This document shows positions 19,123 to 31,632 of a stretch of DNA of 64,000 bases, one piece after another. The stretch is from assembly GCA_050251055.1 (NCBI GenBank), contig JBFWNL010000009.1, positions 32,001 through 96,000 on the forward strand, read 5' to 3'. Both the position numbers and the translations under genes were made by a program. Under the pieces are notes generated by a model. That model saw nothing but the letters and a program-made list of their open reading frames with translations, searched no databases and was not told the origin of the DNA. Every line of letters starts with the position of its first letter. Position 1 is the stretch's first letter. Source of the stretch: Bacteriovoracia bacterium (GTDB lineage Bacteria; Bdellovibrionota; UBA1018; JBFWNL01).

Positions 19123-19692
19123 ATGTTCGATTTCAGTTCTTGGCAAAAATTGGCGGAAGCACCCGCCACCTGGGTAATGGGCGGCTTATTGCTCACTCAA
19201 GGCCCCCACTTCATCGAAATCACGCAAAAAACAATCACCCGCTTCGAGCTGAGCGAGATCAGTAAGATGGTCACGCTCGACGAGGCGGTCGGAGAGTCTC
19301 CCCAACCTAGGAACTTCCGCGCTTACCTGCGCAATCATTTGCGCGTGCGAGACGCTAGCCGGACCGATCCATCCAAGGATGTCTGGGGAACCCCTTACCT
19401 CATGGTCGTCCGCCAGGAGGAAGAAGGCGTGACCACCCACGTAACCAGCGCAGGTCCCGATCAGCTCTTCGGCACGCAAGACGATCTCAAGGCCTGGATC
19501 CATCCCCCTGCGTTTTCAGCAGCGCGCGCGCGGACCCTGGCCGCCACCCAGTATAGTGGTTACAACGCATACATGCCCGCGTCGTGGACGGCCGCGCCGC
19601 CCGTGCCGAAGCTTCCGACGAAAGTCGCCTTGAAGCGACACCACGCAAAAAAGAAGCAGAAGTCGCTGGTCCGCCGAAGCACCCGGAGTTAA
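19123..19692 (+). CDS. Protein with a GspG (type II secretion pseudopilin)-like C-terminal motif
   Basis: DVWGTPY...SAGPDQLFGTQDDL resembles DPWGxPY...SxGPDG..GTxDDI; no prepilin peptide. Confidence 0.6.
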   Translation: MFDFSSWQKLAEAPATWVMGGLLLTQGPHFIEITQKTITRFELSEISKMVTLDEAVGESPQPRNFRAYLRNHLRVRDASRTDPSKDVWGTPYLMVVRQEEEGVTTHVTSAGPDQLFGTQDDLKAWIHPPAFSAARARTLAATQYSGYNAYMPASWTAAPPVPKLPTKVALKRHHAKKKQKSLVRRSTRS

Positions 19693-19703
19693 GCTTTCAT
19701 GAC

Positions 19704-20804
19704 ATGAAATCGGCGCTCTACCTCTCCCTGGCCGCCTTGCTCGCGGTAAACTCGGTCATGGCCGAAGAGAACGAGTTCATGCCGGACCTGGGGGTCGACG
19801 AGACCCCGGAGACTCCGGCGCCATCCCCCACCGCCGCCCCAGCCGGCGCACCGGCCGCCCCCACGCAAGAAACGGTTGAAGTAAAGTTCATCCGTCCGCT
19901 AGACGGGGACCGCTTTCTCTTCGAACTAATCGAGGACTTGGAAATTCACGCGGGAGAAAAGGCGACCCTGAAAGACGGGCCTGAATGGGTGGCCGAGATC
20001 AGAGTAATGAAGATTTCCCAGGAGGACTTCACGATGGAAGTCCAAGTGCTCAAGGAGCTTGAGCACTACGAACCGTTTGTTCCCGAGGATTTGTTCACGG
20101 CTTATTTTAGTGCGACCGTTTCGGCGCCCACCGCGCCCCCCGCGTCGCCGACGCCGTCCGTGAAAAAAACGCCGAAACGTCCGCCGCCGCCGCGCGTGCT
20201 CCGCACGAAGCGATCGATCCCGGTAGCGGATCCCGAGCTCATGCGCGACCCGCGCGAACGCCCCGAGCGCGCGGAACGCGGCTCACGCCTTTTCGCCAAC
20301 AGCAGTAACCGTACGCGCAACCGCTGGGGCGCGGACCTCACGGTGCTGGACCCGGTCGCGGCCCTGGCCGGCCTGCGCATCAACTACACCCCCTTCGACT
20401 TCATGCGGGTGGGCGCCGGGTACGGCATGATGCCCACGGGTGCGGTGACCGTGCATTCATTTTCGGCGGGCTTTCAGTTCCTGGTCCCCTCGTTTAGCGT
20501 TAGCCCATTTCTCGAGGCCGATTTCAACTATTCGATCGCGAGCTTTTCCGGCGCGGTGAACGCGACCGACACGAACGCGGTTTTATTTGGGCTAGGCGCC
20601 GCCACCCGTTCCGCCAACGCAAGCTACTTCACGTTCCCCTTCGGCGTGGACTGGCAGGCGGCCGGCGGATTCCACCTGCAAGCGGGGCTCTTGATCTCGT
20701 CTTTCAACACTTTGGGCACCCAGACCGATACGCGATTCTTCGGACGGCTGGGCTGGTACTGGGGCGGCGGTACCCGGGGCCGGCGCGGTATGTTTGATTT
20801 CTAG
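19704..20804 (+). CDS. Secreted protein with Pro-rich linkers and a C-terminal outer-membrane beta-barrel
   Basis: Signal peptide; Pro/Ala linkers; amphipathic strands; ends in Phe. Confidence 0.65.
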   Translation: MKSALYLSLAALLAVNSVMAEENEFMPDLGVDETPETPAPSPTAAPAGAPAAPTQETVEVKFIRPLDGDRFLFELIEDLEIHAGEKATLKDGPEWVAEIRVMKISQEDFTMEVQVLKELEHYEPFVPEDLFTAYFSATVSAPTAPPASPTPSVKKTPKRPPPPRVLRTKRSIPVADPELMRDPRERPERAERGSRLFANSSNRTRNRWGADLTVLDPVAALAGLRINYTPFDFMRVGAGYGMMPTGAVTVHSFSAGFQFLVPSFSVSPFLEADFNYSIASFSGAVNATDTNAVLFGLGAATRSANASYFTFPFGVDWQAAGGFHLQAGLLISSFNTLGTQTDTRFFGRLGWYWGGGTRGRRGMFDF

Positions 20805-22069
20805 GCGATCGCCAAACAGTTACGACCTTGACCCTTGGCCTGGTAAAGGGCTCGGTCAGCAGACGCAAGCACCTCGGAAGCCGAGACCTGAGTGCGCCTC
20901 TTTGCCGCCAGCCCGATGCTGATGGTGATCTTTACCTTGCGATGCACGCGGGATTTACCGCGGTCTTTCGCCGTGGTCTTGGCGCGCACCAGGGAAGACG
21001 AGCGGATACCAAACGGCCGCTCACTCATGCGCCGCCGTACGTCGTCAAGCTTTCTGGCAATCTCGGCGGATTTGGCTTCGGGAAAAAGAAGGCAGAATTC
21101 CTCGCCACCGAAACGATAGACGCGGATCTCGAGATGCTGACGCAGGAACGAAGCCACGAAGCGCAGCACGTTGTCCCCCTCTTCATGGCCGTAGGTGTCG
21201 TTGAATTCCTTAAAGCGGTCCACGTCGATCATCGCAATCGCGTAATTTCCGCCCTTTAACTTGGGCAACGCCTCGTTGAGGGCGCGGCGGTTCAAGACCT
21301 GGGTAAGATCGTCGTAGTAAATACGCTGCCAAAGAACCTTCGTCGCGCCATAAAGTAGGACCAGTCCCATAAAGTTGAACGGCAAAGCGATGTGCAGCGA
21401 CGCCGCGGGTGAATTCATCGAATCGAAGTGATTGAGTGCCCATCCGAGTGGCAACAGGCTCAGCGCTAATCCTTGCAGGAACGTGGCGGCGCTTCTTTCC
21501 TTCACGACCCGCACCAGCGACACGAACAGGATAACAGGAATAAGTACCACGAAATGCAAGAGCCAAACCCGGCTCAGCCAAGGTGCCACGTCCGAGGGAC
21601 GCCAATTTAAAAGCACATTGGCGTAAGGAAAGGCGCCCCGATAGAGGGCCACGGTACCCAGAGCCACCGCGCCTAAGCTCACGAGCATACCCACGCGCCG
21701 GAGCACGCCGCCCCTTTCTTGAAATAAAAAAAGCACGAACCATGACCCCACGGTCCACGTCCCGACGAACTCTGCCACGCGCGCGGGTGGGCCTAGGCGA
21801 TCTAGCCACTCCGGGGAAATTCCGAAGCTACGCGCAAGCAAGGCGTAACCCGTCGCCCAGACCAGAACCGCGAGCGTCATCCGCCACTGACCCATGCGTA
21901 AAGCCAACGCCGCGGTTAGTAAAAACCAAAAATAAGGAAGGTAAAACCAAAGACTATCGAGGCCAGGGTTGCCCATGAAAAATCCGGCCGCCGCTGGAAC
22001 GTATACCAGGGCGATGGGAAAGAGGCTGAGCAGCAGAAGTAGACCGGTCTCCCACCAGGATTTACGCAT
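20801..22069 (-). CDS. Membrane-bound GGDEF diguanylate cyclase
   Basis: Multiple TM helices; DVDRFKEFND, YRFGGEEF. Confidence 0.92.
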   Translation of the reverse strand: MRKSWWETGLLLLLSLFPIALVYVPAAAGFFMGNPGLDSLWFYLPYFWFLLTAALALRMGQWRMTLAVLVWATGYALLARSFGISPEWLDRLGPPARVAEFVGTWTVGSWFVLFLFQERGGVLRRVGMLVSLGAVALGTVALYRGAFPYANVLLNWRPSDVAPWLSRVWLLHFVVLIPVILFVSLVRVVKERSAATFLQGLALSLLPLGWALNHFDSMNSPAASLHIALPFNFMGLVLLYGATKVLWQRIYYDDLTQVLNRRALNEALPKLKGGNYAIAMIDVDRFKEFNDTYGHEEGDNVLRFVASFLRQHLEIRVYRFGGEEFCLLFPEAKSAEIARKLDDVRRRMSERPFGIRSSSLVRAKTTAKDRGKSRVHRKVKITISIGLAAKRRTQVSASEVLASADRALYQAKGQGRNCLAIA

Positions 22070-22089
22070 CTTAATGATTATAGGGCGAG

Positions 22090-22731
22090 TTACTCAAGAA
22101 TCAACACCGCACGCACGGGTCCTGCGTCAAACCCTTTTAACTTGAGGGGAAAAGCACTGAGCACGTAATTGCGGTCGAAATCACGAACCCCGGAGAGGTC
22201 CAGCCCCTCCAATACGGACTGATCATTGCGAAAGAGTGCCTGATGACTCTCTAAGTGCTTCGAGTCGGCGGGGTCGATGGAAGGCGTGTCGATCCCCACC
22301 AGCACGACCCCTTTTTGATGAAGCTCGTCGACGAGTTCGGGAGAAAGCGAGTTGAAATCGGTTCGCCAATTCTGCGGATCGGGGAACGAGCCCGTTCGAA
22401 AGAGCACACGCGGGGCGCGGATCGGCGTTTTCACATCTTTCGGGAGAATACGAGCTCCGGGACCGCACTTCACCTCGACGACCTGGCAAGCCCCGTAATA
22501 GTAATGAAGCGAGCGTTGATCGATCCCCTGCCCGTTTGCATGGTAGTGAATCGGAGCGTCAGCGTGCGCACCGATGTGGCCCGTTGCTTTCAGCGTGGTC
22601 AAATGCAGGTGCGCGCCCCGGTGGATGTCGAGCAAGACCTCGCGCGAGAGCGGCGTATCGCCTGGAAACACCGCGGTCGCTTCCGAGACGAGCGGAGAAA
22701 TATCGATGAATTGCCAGTGCTCCCGTTTCAC
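22090..22731 (-). CDS. kynB: Kynurenine formamidase/arylformamidase (cyclase family)
   Basis: DISP..., FPGD, HIGAHADAPIHY metal motif, GIDTPSIDP, LEGLDL. Confidence 0.88.
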   Translation of the reverse strand: MKREHWQFIDISPLVSEATAVFPGDTPLSREVLLDIHRGAHLHLTTLKATGHIGAHADAPIHYHANGQGIDQRSLHYYYGACQVVEVKCGPGARILPKDVKTPIRAPRVLFRTGSFPDPQNWRTDFNSLSPELVDELHQKGVVLVGIDTPSIDPADSKHLESHQALFRNDQSVLEGLDLSGVRDFDRNYVLSAFPLKLKGFDAGPVRAVLILE

Positions 22732-22735
22732 CCGA

Positions 22736-25022
<2,287 letters not shown>

Positions 25023-26465
25023 TCAGAGCTTCACGCATATCGTTTTGAGTTCCGTATAAAAATCCAATGAGTGCTCGCCGCCCTCGCGGCCGACGCCCGA
25101 AGCCTTCACTCCGCCGAAGGGCACGCGCAGGTCGCGCAGCATCCACGTATTCACCCAGATCGTACCCGCGTGCACCGCGCGCGCGACGCGGTGAGCGCGC
25201 TTGAGATCCGACGTCCACACGCTGCCCGAAAGCCCATACTGGGTATTATTCGCGAGCGCGATGGCTTCTTCTTCCGTATCGAACGGAGTGATCGTCACGA
25301 CGGGACCGAAGATTTCTTCCTGCATGACGCGGCACTTGGCCGGCAAGCCAATGATAACCGTGGGATTGACGAAGTAACCTTTCGCGAGCGCGCCCGCGAA
25401 CTTCGGGGCCCCGCCCCCACAGATGATTTCGCCGCCCTCCTGGCGCGCGAGTTGGATATACGAAATAACCTTGTCCCGATGGGCGGCGCTCACCAGCGGT
25501 CCCACCATCGTCTTATCGTCGGCAGGGTCGCCTACGCGCAGCGCTTGCGCCTGCTTCACGAACTCGTCGAGGAAGTTTTTGTAGATCTTACGCTGTACGA
25601 AAATCCGGGAGTTACAGAGGCAGATCTCGCCTTGATTCTGGAAGCTCGAGCGAATCGTCGTCGGCACGCACTCCGCCAGGTTCGCGTCTTCAAAAATCAG
25701 CGCCGCGTTCTTACCGCCGAGCTCGAGACTCACCTTCTTCTGGCCCGGCGCCGCCGCCTGCGTGATCGCCGTACCCGTCGCGGTCCCGCCCGTAAACGAA
25801 ATCAAAGGTACGTCCGGATGCGTGGTGAGTGGCGTGCCCGCGCGCAAGCCCAGCCCGAAAACGATGTTCGCCACTCCGGGCGGCAGACCCGCTTCGTTAT
25901 ACACCTCCCCCATGAGAGAGGCCGTCAGCGGCGTAAGCTCCGAGGGTTTGCTCACGACGGTGTTTCCCACGGCAATCGCGGGCGCGACCTTCCAGCTGTA
26001 AAGCAAAAGCGGTAAATTCCACGGGGAGATCAGCGCTGCGACTCCCATCGGGTCCCGCACGGTATAGTTCAGCGCCGTACGGTCCATGTCCATCACGCGC
26101 TCCTCGTGATGCAGGATCGCGCCGGCGAAAAAACGGAAATTCGCCACCGCGCGCGGAACCTCGACCGTACGTGCGAGCCAAATCGGCTTACCCTGATCCA
26201 GGCTCTCCGCCCGGGCAAACTCCTCCAGCCTCCGTTCGATCCCGTCCGCGATGCGATTCATAATGAGCGCACGCTCCGCTGCCGGAGTTTCCGACCACGC
26301 CGGGAAGGCGACCTTCGCGGCGGCCACCGCCGCATGCACATCCGTGGAGTCGGAGTCGGGAATCTGCGCGTAAACCTCGCCCGTGGCTGGGTTAAAGCCG
26401 TCGAGGTAGCGGCCAGCCTTTGGTTCGACGTACTCGCCATTGATGAAATTCGCGAGCTTCTTCAC
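25023..26465 (-). CDS. amnC: 2-aminomuconate 6-semialdehyde dehydrogenase (ALDH8-type)
   Basis: PWNLPL, LELGGKN, NQGEICLC, EEIFGPV, RDLRVPFGG; adjacent to amnB. Confidence 0.88.
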   Translation of the reverse strand: MKKLANFINGEYVEPKAGRYLDGFNPATGEVYAQIPDSDSTDVHAAVAAAKVAFPAWSETPAAERALIMNRIADGIERRLEEFARAESLDQGKPIWLARTVEVPRAVANFRFFAGAILHHEERVMDMDRTALNYTVRDPMGVAALISPWNLPLLLYSWKVAPAIAVGNTVVSKPSELTPLTASLMGEVYNEAGLPPGVANIVFGLGLRAGTPLTTHPDVPLISFTGGTATGTAITQAAAPGQKKVSLELGGKNAALIFEDANLAECVPTTIRSSFQNQGEICLCNSRIFVQRKIYKNFLDEFVKQAQALRVGDPADDKTMVGPLVSAAHRDKVISYIQLARQEGGEIICGGGAPKFAGALAKGYFVNPTVIIGLPAKCRVMQEEIFGPVVTITPFDTEEEAIALANNTQYGLSGSVWTSDLKRAHRVARAVHAGTIWVNTWMLRDLRVPFGGVKASGVGREGGEHSLDFYTELKTICVKL

Positions 26466-27592
26466 ATGCCTCCCACGGGAGTGCGCGCACCCGCCCCGAA
26501 AGTTCCGCCCATGAAATCGGCCGGATTAAATTCCCACTTGTCGCGATCCGGATCCCAGCTATCCCACGCCTGGATGGAGTGCATTCGATCGCGCAGATGC
26601 GGCGGGAGCGTTTCGGCCACGACGAACGGCTTCTGACGCTCAAGCGGATAAGGATTACGGAAGTTGAAACCCAGCACTCCGAGCGTCCAGCGCGCCAGGT
26701 ACCAGCTCGCGCGTGAATCCCAGCCGTGCGCGACCTTGATCACGATCCCTAGGCCCTTTGGGTAATCCGGATGAATCACGGCCAAGCCGAGCAAGCCATC
26801 TGCGCCTTCCTTTGCCAAAACCTTCCCGCCGCAGGACTTCAAGATCGTCGAATCCAGACGATTGAACCCGCCGATGAGGTCGGGATACTCCATCATGGAA
26901 TCCCAGATCCAGTCTTCTTCACGCGTAGTGGCTAAGTGGGCGTACAGGCGGGCGAGTTCGGTCACCGTCATCGAAGCGGTGGGTAGCCCGCAGCCATCTT
27001 TAGAAACGACCCGCGGTTCCCAGCGGGCGCCCAAAACCGTGCGTACGATGCGCAGATAATCCTGGAAAAATTCGTGGTGCGGCCAAACGTAGCCCACGCG
27101 CGACCACCCCTTCAGCTTACAGCCACGCAGAATCGCCGCGTGTTCGCCCGAGCACGGGTGATACCAGCGGCGCGGGCGGCGGCGCTGCTTGCCGAACTGC
27201 ATGAGCGGGAGCGCGAACGGGGTTTGCATCATCCCCAGCTCCCCTTCCGTCAAAATCGAGGTCACCGTGCGCGTGTGCTCCGTGTCGCCGTTATGGGAAG
27301 ACACCGAGATCGCCTTCTGCGGGCCGGTGAGCACCGGCGCAAGCTCCTGGGCGAAGACCTTCATCATGAAGGGTTTCATCATGGAGCGGCCGTAGCAAAG
27401 GACGTCGCCGCCATAGGAATAAATTACCTGATCGCCCGAAACCCACGAGATCGACCCGTGAATCGTGCACTCCGGCACGCCATTGCGGCGGTAATCGACG
27501 AGCGGCACCCAGCTGTTCGCGCCGATCGCATCGGAGTCCAAGATGGCTTGGGCGGAGTCGGAGGCCTTGCCGTTGCCCAGCTTCGTCATCAT
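26462..27592 (-). CDS. Divergent class-3 (Rhizobium AnsA / Asparaginase_II-type) asparaginase homologue
   Basis: RSMMKP (RSxxKP), SHNGDTEH, PCSGEH (normally NCSGKH), DGCGLP, AKEGADG. Confidence 0.8.
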   Translation of the reverse strand: MMTKLGNGKASDSAQAILDSDAIGANSWVPLVDYRRNGVPECTIHGSISWVSGDQVIYSYGGDVLCYGRSMMKPFMMKVFAQELAPVLTGPQKAISVSSHNGDTEHTRTVTSILTEGELGMMQTPFALPLMQFGKQRRRPRRWYHPCSGEHAAILRGCKLKGWSRVGYVWPHHEFFQDYLRIVRTVLGARWEPRVVSKDGCGLPTASMTVTELARLYAHLATTREEDWIWDSMMEYPDLIGGFNRLDSTILKSCGGKVLAKEGADGLLGLAVIHPDYPKGLGIVIKVAHGWDSRASWYLARWTLGVLGFNFRNPYPLERQKPFVVAETLPPHLRDRMHSIQAWDSWDPDRDKWEFNPADFMGGTFGAGARTPVGGM

Positions 27593-28830
27593 TACGCCTG
27601 ACCCCGGACCGACACTTCGGCGGCAATCTGCTCCTGAAACACGCGCATCCGATGCAAAATCTGCGCGTTGTCGTGATTATTGAAATCGAACCAGAGCATG
27701 ACCCGATCACCGGGGTTGAAGCGCGCGCGCATTTGCTCGATGATCGTGCGCGGGTTGCCCGCCAAAGCATTGCCCACCGCGCTCTTCACGCGGGCCGGAT
27801 CGAGCGTGCCTTCCATCGCGCGCCAGTAGTTTTCGATCGCCCGTTGCGCTTCGTTCAAGGCGCGCGCATTCTGCTCGGCCTCCGAAACCCCCGGGTCGTC
27901 GTTGATGAACACCAGCACCGTGCGCGGCATGTGCGCGCGCGTCCACTTCCCGCCCGCGGGGTGAAAAGCGGCTTGCATGCGCTGATGCGTAGCTTCGATT
28001 TCGTGCGCCGGCGTAATCGAGAGGTTAAAAACCCCGCAAGGCAAAATGCGATTGGCTTGAATCTGCGTCTGCGCGTCGTGGGTGCCGAGCACCAGCTTCA
28101 GACGCTCCATTGGCGCCTCGCGCGGGATCACGCCCACCTTTTCAAACGTCCAGAACGGCGGGACGGGAATCTCTGCCATCGAAGCGCCCATACCCGACCC
28201 ATGCGCGGCCTGCACCTTCGCCCAATCTTCGTCGGCACGGAAATCCGCCCGGCGTAAAACTTTGGCCGTCACATCCTCGGAGCTGAAAACCTCACCTTTT
28301 AAAAAACGCAGGAAGATCTCGGTCGCTTCTTGAAAGAGCTTATTGCGCACCACCGGCCAGGCCGCGCGCTCCAAGGCCGAGCGTGGGAGAATGCCATAAG
28401 GCGCGTTCGAAAACGGGAAGCGCCCGGCCGCGAAGCCCAGATGCAGCTCGCGTTTTTCGGCGGGATCCAGCCCATGGTAAGTCATGAACGTTCGCACGGC
28501 CTCGGCGTGCGCGATCGGCCCGCCGTTACAAAGGATGTTGCGGATCGCGGAGCCGACGTGGATCCGCTTCGTGATGCCGAAAACTTTGTGCGCGAGTTGC
28601 AAAATATCGGTGTTGAGGCCGATCTCGCCCTTGAACTGGGGAATCACCGGCGCACGATTTTCTTTTTGTACTTCGCAAGAAAGGTGCGTTTCCGCGACCC
28701 AAGCGGTACCGTAACCCAACTCGTCGGCGAGGCGAACCTGGTCGAAGAAATTACGGAACATGACTGCTTCCGACGGCATGTATCCGTCAACGTCGGTCTG
28801 GCAGATAGAGAAGAAAACGTCGAATTGCAT
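27592..28830 (-). CDS. Luciferase-like (LLM class) flavin-dependent monooxygenase
   Basis: QVRLADELGYGTAWVAETH, TKRIHVGSAI, PIAHAEAV, LHLGFAAG, MRVFQEQI. Confidence 0.88.
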   Translation of the reverse strand: MQFDVFFSICQTDVDGYMPSEAVMFRNFFDQVRLADELGYGTAWVAETHLSCEVQKENRAPVIPQFKGEIGLNTDILQLAHKVFGITKRIHVGSAIRNILCNGGPIAHAEAVRTFMTYHGLDPAEKRELHLGFAAGRFPFSNAPYGILPRSALERAAWPVVRNKLFQEATEIFLRFLKGEVFSSEDVTAKVLRRADFRADEDWAKVQAAHGSGMGASMAEIPVPPFWTFEKVGVIPREAPMERLKLVLGTHDAQTQIQANRILPCGVFNLSITPAHEIEATHQRMQAAFHPAGGKWTRAHMPRTVLVFINDDPGVSEAEQNARALNEAQRAIENYWRAMEGTLDPARVKSAVGNALAGNPRTIIEQMRARFNPGDRVMLWFDFNNHDNAQILHRMRVFQEQIAAEVSVRGQA

Positions 28831-28923
28831 GCGAATTCGACTAGTTATGTCACAAACCGGGTCGATGACAACCCCTTAATGCAGGGGCGCCCGCCTCGGG
28901 TATGTGCCGGGGTTTATTGGGCT

Positions 28924-30603
28924 TTACTTCAAAAGGCGTCCGCCCCGGAGCTCTTCCGCGTGCGCGCGCTCGATGCGTTCGACAAGCTCCCCCAAGTATT
29001 TGCGCTCTTGCCGACTCAACCCCTTGCCTCTGTCTTCGATCAGCGTGCGGAGCTGCTGTTCAAGAGCCTTCCACTGGCGCTGATCGGCGCTGATCTTGTG
29101 GGTTAAGTCACGATAGTGATGGGTGCGACTCGCGATCGAGCCGACCGCCGCTTCGATCTGCATCGTACAAATATCCAATGTCAGAAGATGGCCGGCTTTA
29201 TAAACTTTCTCTTTTAACGGCTCCGGCGCGTCTTCGATTATGGTTAGCTTGCTGATTTCAGCCTCGGTGCGTCCTTCCTTTTTCCATTCCGCGATTTTCG
29301 CGACCAGATCGTCCACGATACGAAGCGTGAGGTAAAGCGAATCCAAAACTTCCCGCAACTGCGCGCCAACCGCATCCAGCTCGTCGTGGCTCAGGAGACG
29401 CGTGAGGTCGGCGCAATACTTGGTTTCCAGGTTGGCGAGCGCCGAGGCGAGCGCGTCGAATTTCGCGCGCTCATCCGCCTCAAATCTCGGATGGGCCTGC
29501 ATCACCCGATTCAGCTCGTCAAAGTCAGCTCGGAACGATGCGAGCGGACCGCAGACCCGCACCGTGGCGGAGGGCCGAAGACGGTCCTCGATGAGGCTAC
29601 GTAGCCCCCCCGAAAAAAAATCCGGATTATCTAAGCTCTCGGGTGCATCGTCGGGGTCCACGAGCATGATGACCGCGGTAATGACGTAGAGATTGAAATC
29701 AGGCAGCCAGCTTTCATAAGCAAGCTGCACGTGCCGAAGCGCTTCGTGCACGAGCAAGCCGGCACGGCTACGCTCTCCCAATTGGTTCCAAATCGGGAGT
29801 GCGAAACGGGCGCCCACGCGCGTGTCATAAATCGCGGTGTTGGCAACCTGGGCCTCGGGCCAGCGCTGCTGAAGCTCCGTGAAAACCTCGCGATCAAACC
29901 ATGGCCAGGCTTGAGAGACCGAAGGTGCGGCCGCCAATACGGCACTCAAGGGCGCAGAAGCCGATCGCGTGCCCGGCAGAACTTCTACGGCATACGGCGT
30001 ATACAACCAATCCATCCCCTTGAGCGCGTCGGCGATCATTCCCATCAGCACGGGCGAGTGCTTACGCCACAGCTCGAGTCGCTCGCTGGCTCGTTTGTAC
30101 TCGGGCAACTCCGCGACATTCGGAATGCGATCATATCCCAAACGTTTTGCCATGAGCGAGCTCGCCAAGGGAGCGCCTGCTGGCTCTTGAAAGTCCGGAT
30201 CGTAGAGCGCGAAATCCATCAGCACGGGATGTGGCTGCAGAAGTACATTACCGCCGCCGCTGCTCCAACCGCCGCCACTCGTGCGACCTTTTTCTTGAAT
30301 GCCGGTACCGTCGGGCTTGGCTTCTACCACCGGCTTCACGGGAATGAGCTGAGGATCAATCTTCTTGGGCCAAAGTTTAGGTAAAAGTCGCGAACGCAGG
30401 TCCGTGCGAGCCGGCGCGGAGGAACCCGGGAGCTCGGGCAGAACTACGGTCGGTCCCCCCGAGGGGGACTTCGGCGAACCCGCAGGTTCCGGCGGATCGG
30501 CGCGCGCGGTCAGCAGCCCTAAGCCGAGAAAGCCGACAGAAAAAACAAATAACGGACGGGCCCAACGTCCGAAACGTTTCCAAAAATTCATATCGGGCGG
30601 CAT
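28924..30603 (-). CDS. Secreted hypothetical protein (GGGWSSGGGN motif, LLVHE motif)
   Basis: Signal peptide ending ARA; Pro-rich linker; Gly motif. Confidence 0.65.
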   Translation of the reverse strand: MPPDMNFWKRFGRWARPLFVFSVGFLGLGLLTARADPPEPAGSPKSPSGGPTVVLPELPGSSAPARTDLRSRLLPKLWPKKIDPQLIPVKPVVEAKPDGTGIQEKGRTSGGGWSSGGGNVLLQPHPVLMDFALYDPDFQEPAGAPLASSLMAKRLGYDRIPNVAELPEYKRASERLELWRKHSPVLMGMIADALKGMDWLYTPYAVEVLPGTRSASAPLSAVLAAAPSVSQAWPWFDREVFTELQQRWPEAQVANTAIYDTRVGARFALPIWNQLGERSRAGLLVHEALRHVQLAYESWLPDFNLYVITAVIMLVDPDDAPESLDNPDFFSGGLRSLIEDRLRPSATVRVCGPLASFRADFDELNRVMQAHPRFEADERAKFDALASALANLETKYCADLTRLLSHDELDAVGAQLREVLDSLYLTLRIVDDLVAKIAEWKKEGRTEAEISKLTIIEDAPEPLKEKVYKAGHLLTLDICTMQIEAAVGSIASRTHHYRDLTHKISADQRQWKALEQQLRTLIEDRGKGLSRQERKYLGELVERIERAHAEELRGGRLLK

Positions 30604-30680
30604 CTTCTATTATTTGATCTAATTAGTCAACCGATAGTGATCAACTCAAATTATCAATATAATGATATAAATTCAATGAG

Positions 30681-31502
30681 TTAAACCCACTTAAAGAGAT
30701 CGAAATTGAGCTGAAAGGTGTGCTCGGGCTCGGTTCCCTTCACCTTCCGCTCTGTAGCCTTTAAGAACTCCAGGAAGGCGGCATGCACCTGATTGCGGGT
30801 TTTCATGTCGGAAGAAAACACGACGGAGAAACTATAACTTTGTTCGTCGGTCTCGACTGCTTGTAGGCGCTGGAGACTGAGCAGCCGCAGCTGATTCCTC
30901 CACGCCGGATAGACGGGCGACTCTTTCACTAAATGGATTTCCTTCTGGATCGCTCGCCAGCTCGCGCCCTTCTTTTCCGCAAGCCCCATCTTCTCTAACT
31001 TCATGACCGTGGCGCGCACGCGGGCCAATGGACGCTCCAGATCCGTGGCTAACTTCACTAGGTCGTCTTGATAACGCTTAATCGTCAGGCAGATATGGAT
31101 GATCTGATGAAGCGGATCCAGGTAATATTCGCCGAGCGCGTCCGTCGCCAAACGAACGGGGGTCGCTTCCAGATGCTCATGGCTTTCACGATGTTGAGCT
31201 TGAATTGCCTGAATGCGGACACGCAACTGATCACGCCGGACTTTCAGCCCCGTCCGGGCGAACTCGAGCAGGAGCGAGAAATACTCGCGCTCATTCTCAT
31301 CCAGTTCCATGAAATCTGCGGCTAGGTAGAGCTGATCGGAGTTGAGCTCGGCCTTTCCTTTGATCACGCGCGATAGATAGGTCTTCTGGATCCGGCAGGC
31401 GGCCGCGAGATTCTGGAACGAATACTTGCGATCGAGCGCCTTTCGCTCAATCACGAAAGCCTCGATCACTTCCCGATAGCTCACATAGCTAAAAATATTC
31501 AC
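30681..31502 (-). CDS. TIGR02147/DUF4423-type protein with an N-terminal XRE-like HTH
   Basis: NIFSYVSYRE, YSFQNLAAACRIQKTYLSRVIKGK HTH, C-terminal FQLNFDLF. Confidence 0.8.
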   Translation of the reverse strand: MNIFSYVSYREVIEAFVIERKALDRKYSFQNLAAACRIQKTYLSRVIKGKAELNSDQLYLAADFMELDENEREYFSLLLEFARTGLKVRRDQLRVRIQAIQAQHRESHEHLEATPVRLATDALGEYYLDPLHQIIHICLTIKRYQDDLVKLATDLERPLARVRATVMKLEKMGLAEKKGASWRAIQKEIHLVKESPVYPAWRNQLRLLSLQRLQAVETDEQSYSFSVVFSSDMKTRNQVHAAFLEFLKATERKVKGTEPEHTFQLNFDLFKWV

Positions 31503-31632
31503 GTTTTTCCCAATATAAACTATTAGTTTACTTATTATAATTAATTATTTAATAATTAATACACCAATCAAACGCATTGCGTTAAGCCTCCTGACGGAAT
31601 CGATAAACACTGTCACTGAACTGGAGGCTTGA

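Noticed and set aside
29725-29760. HEALRH as a zinc metalloprotease motif
   Set aside because: Spacing is HExxxH rather than HExxH and no third ligand is evident; not enough to call a protease
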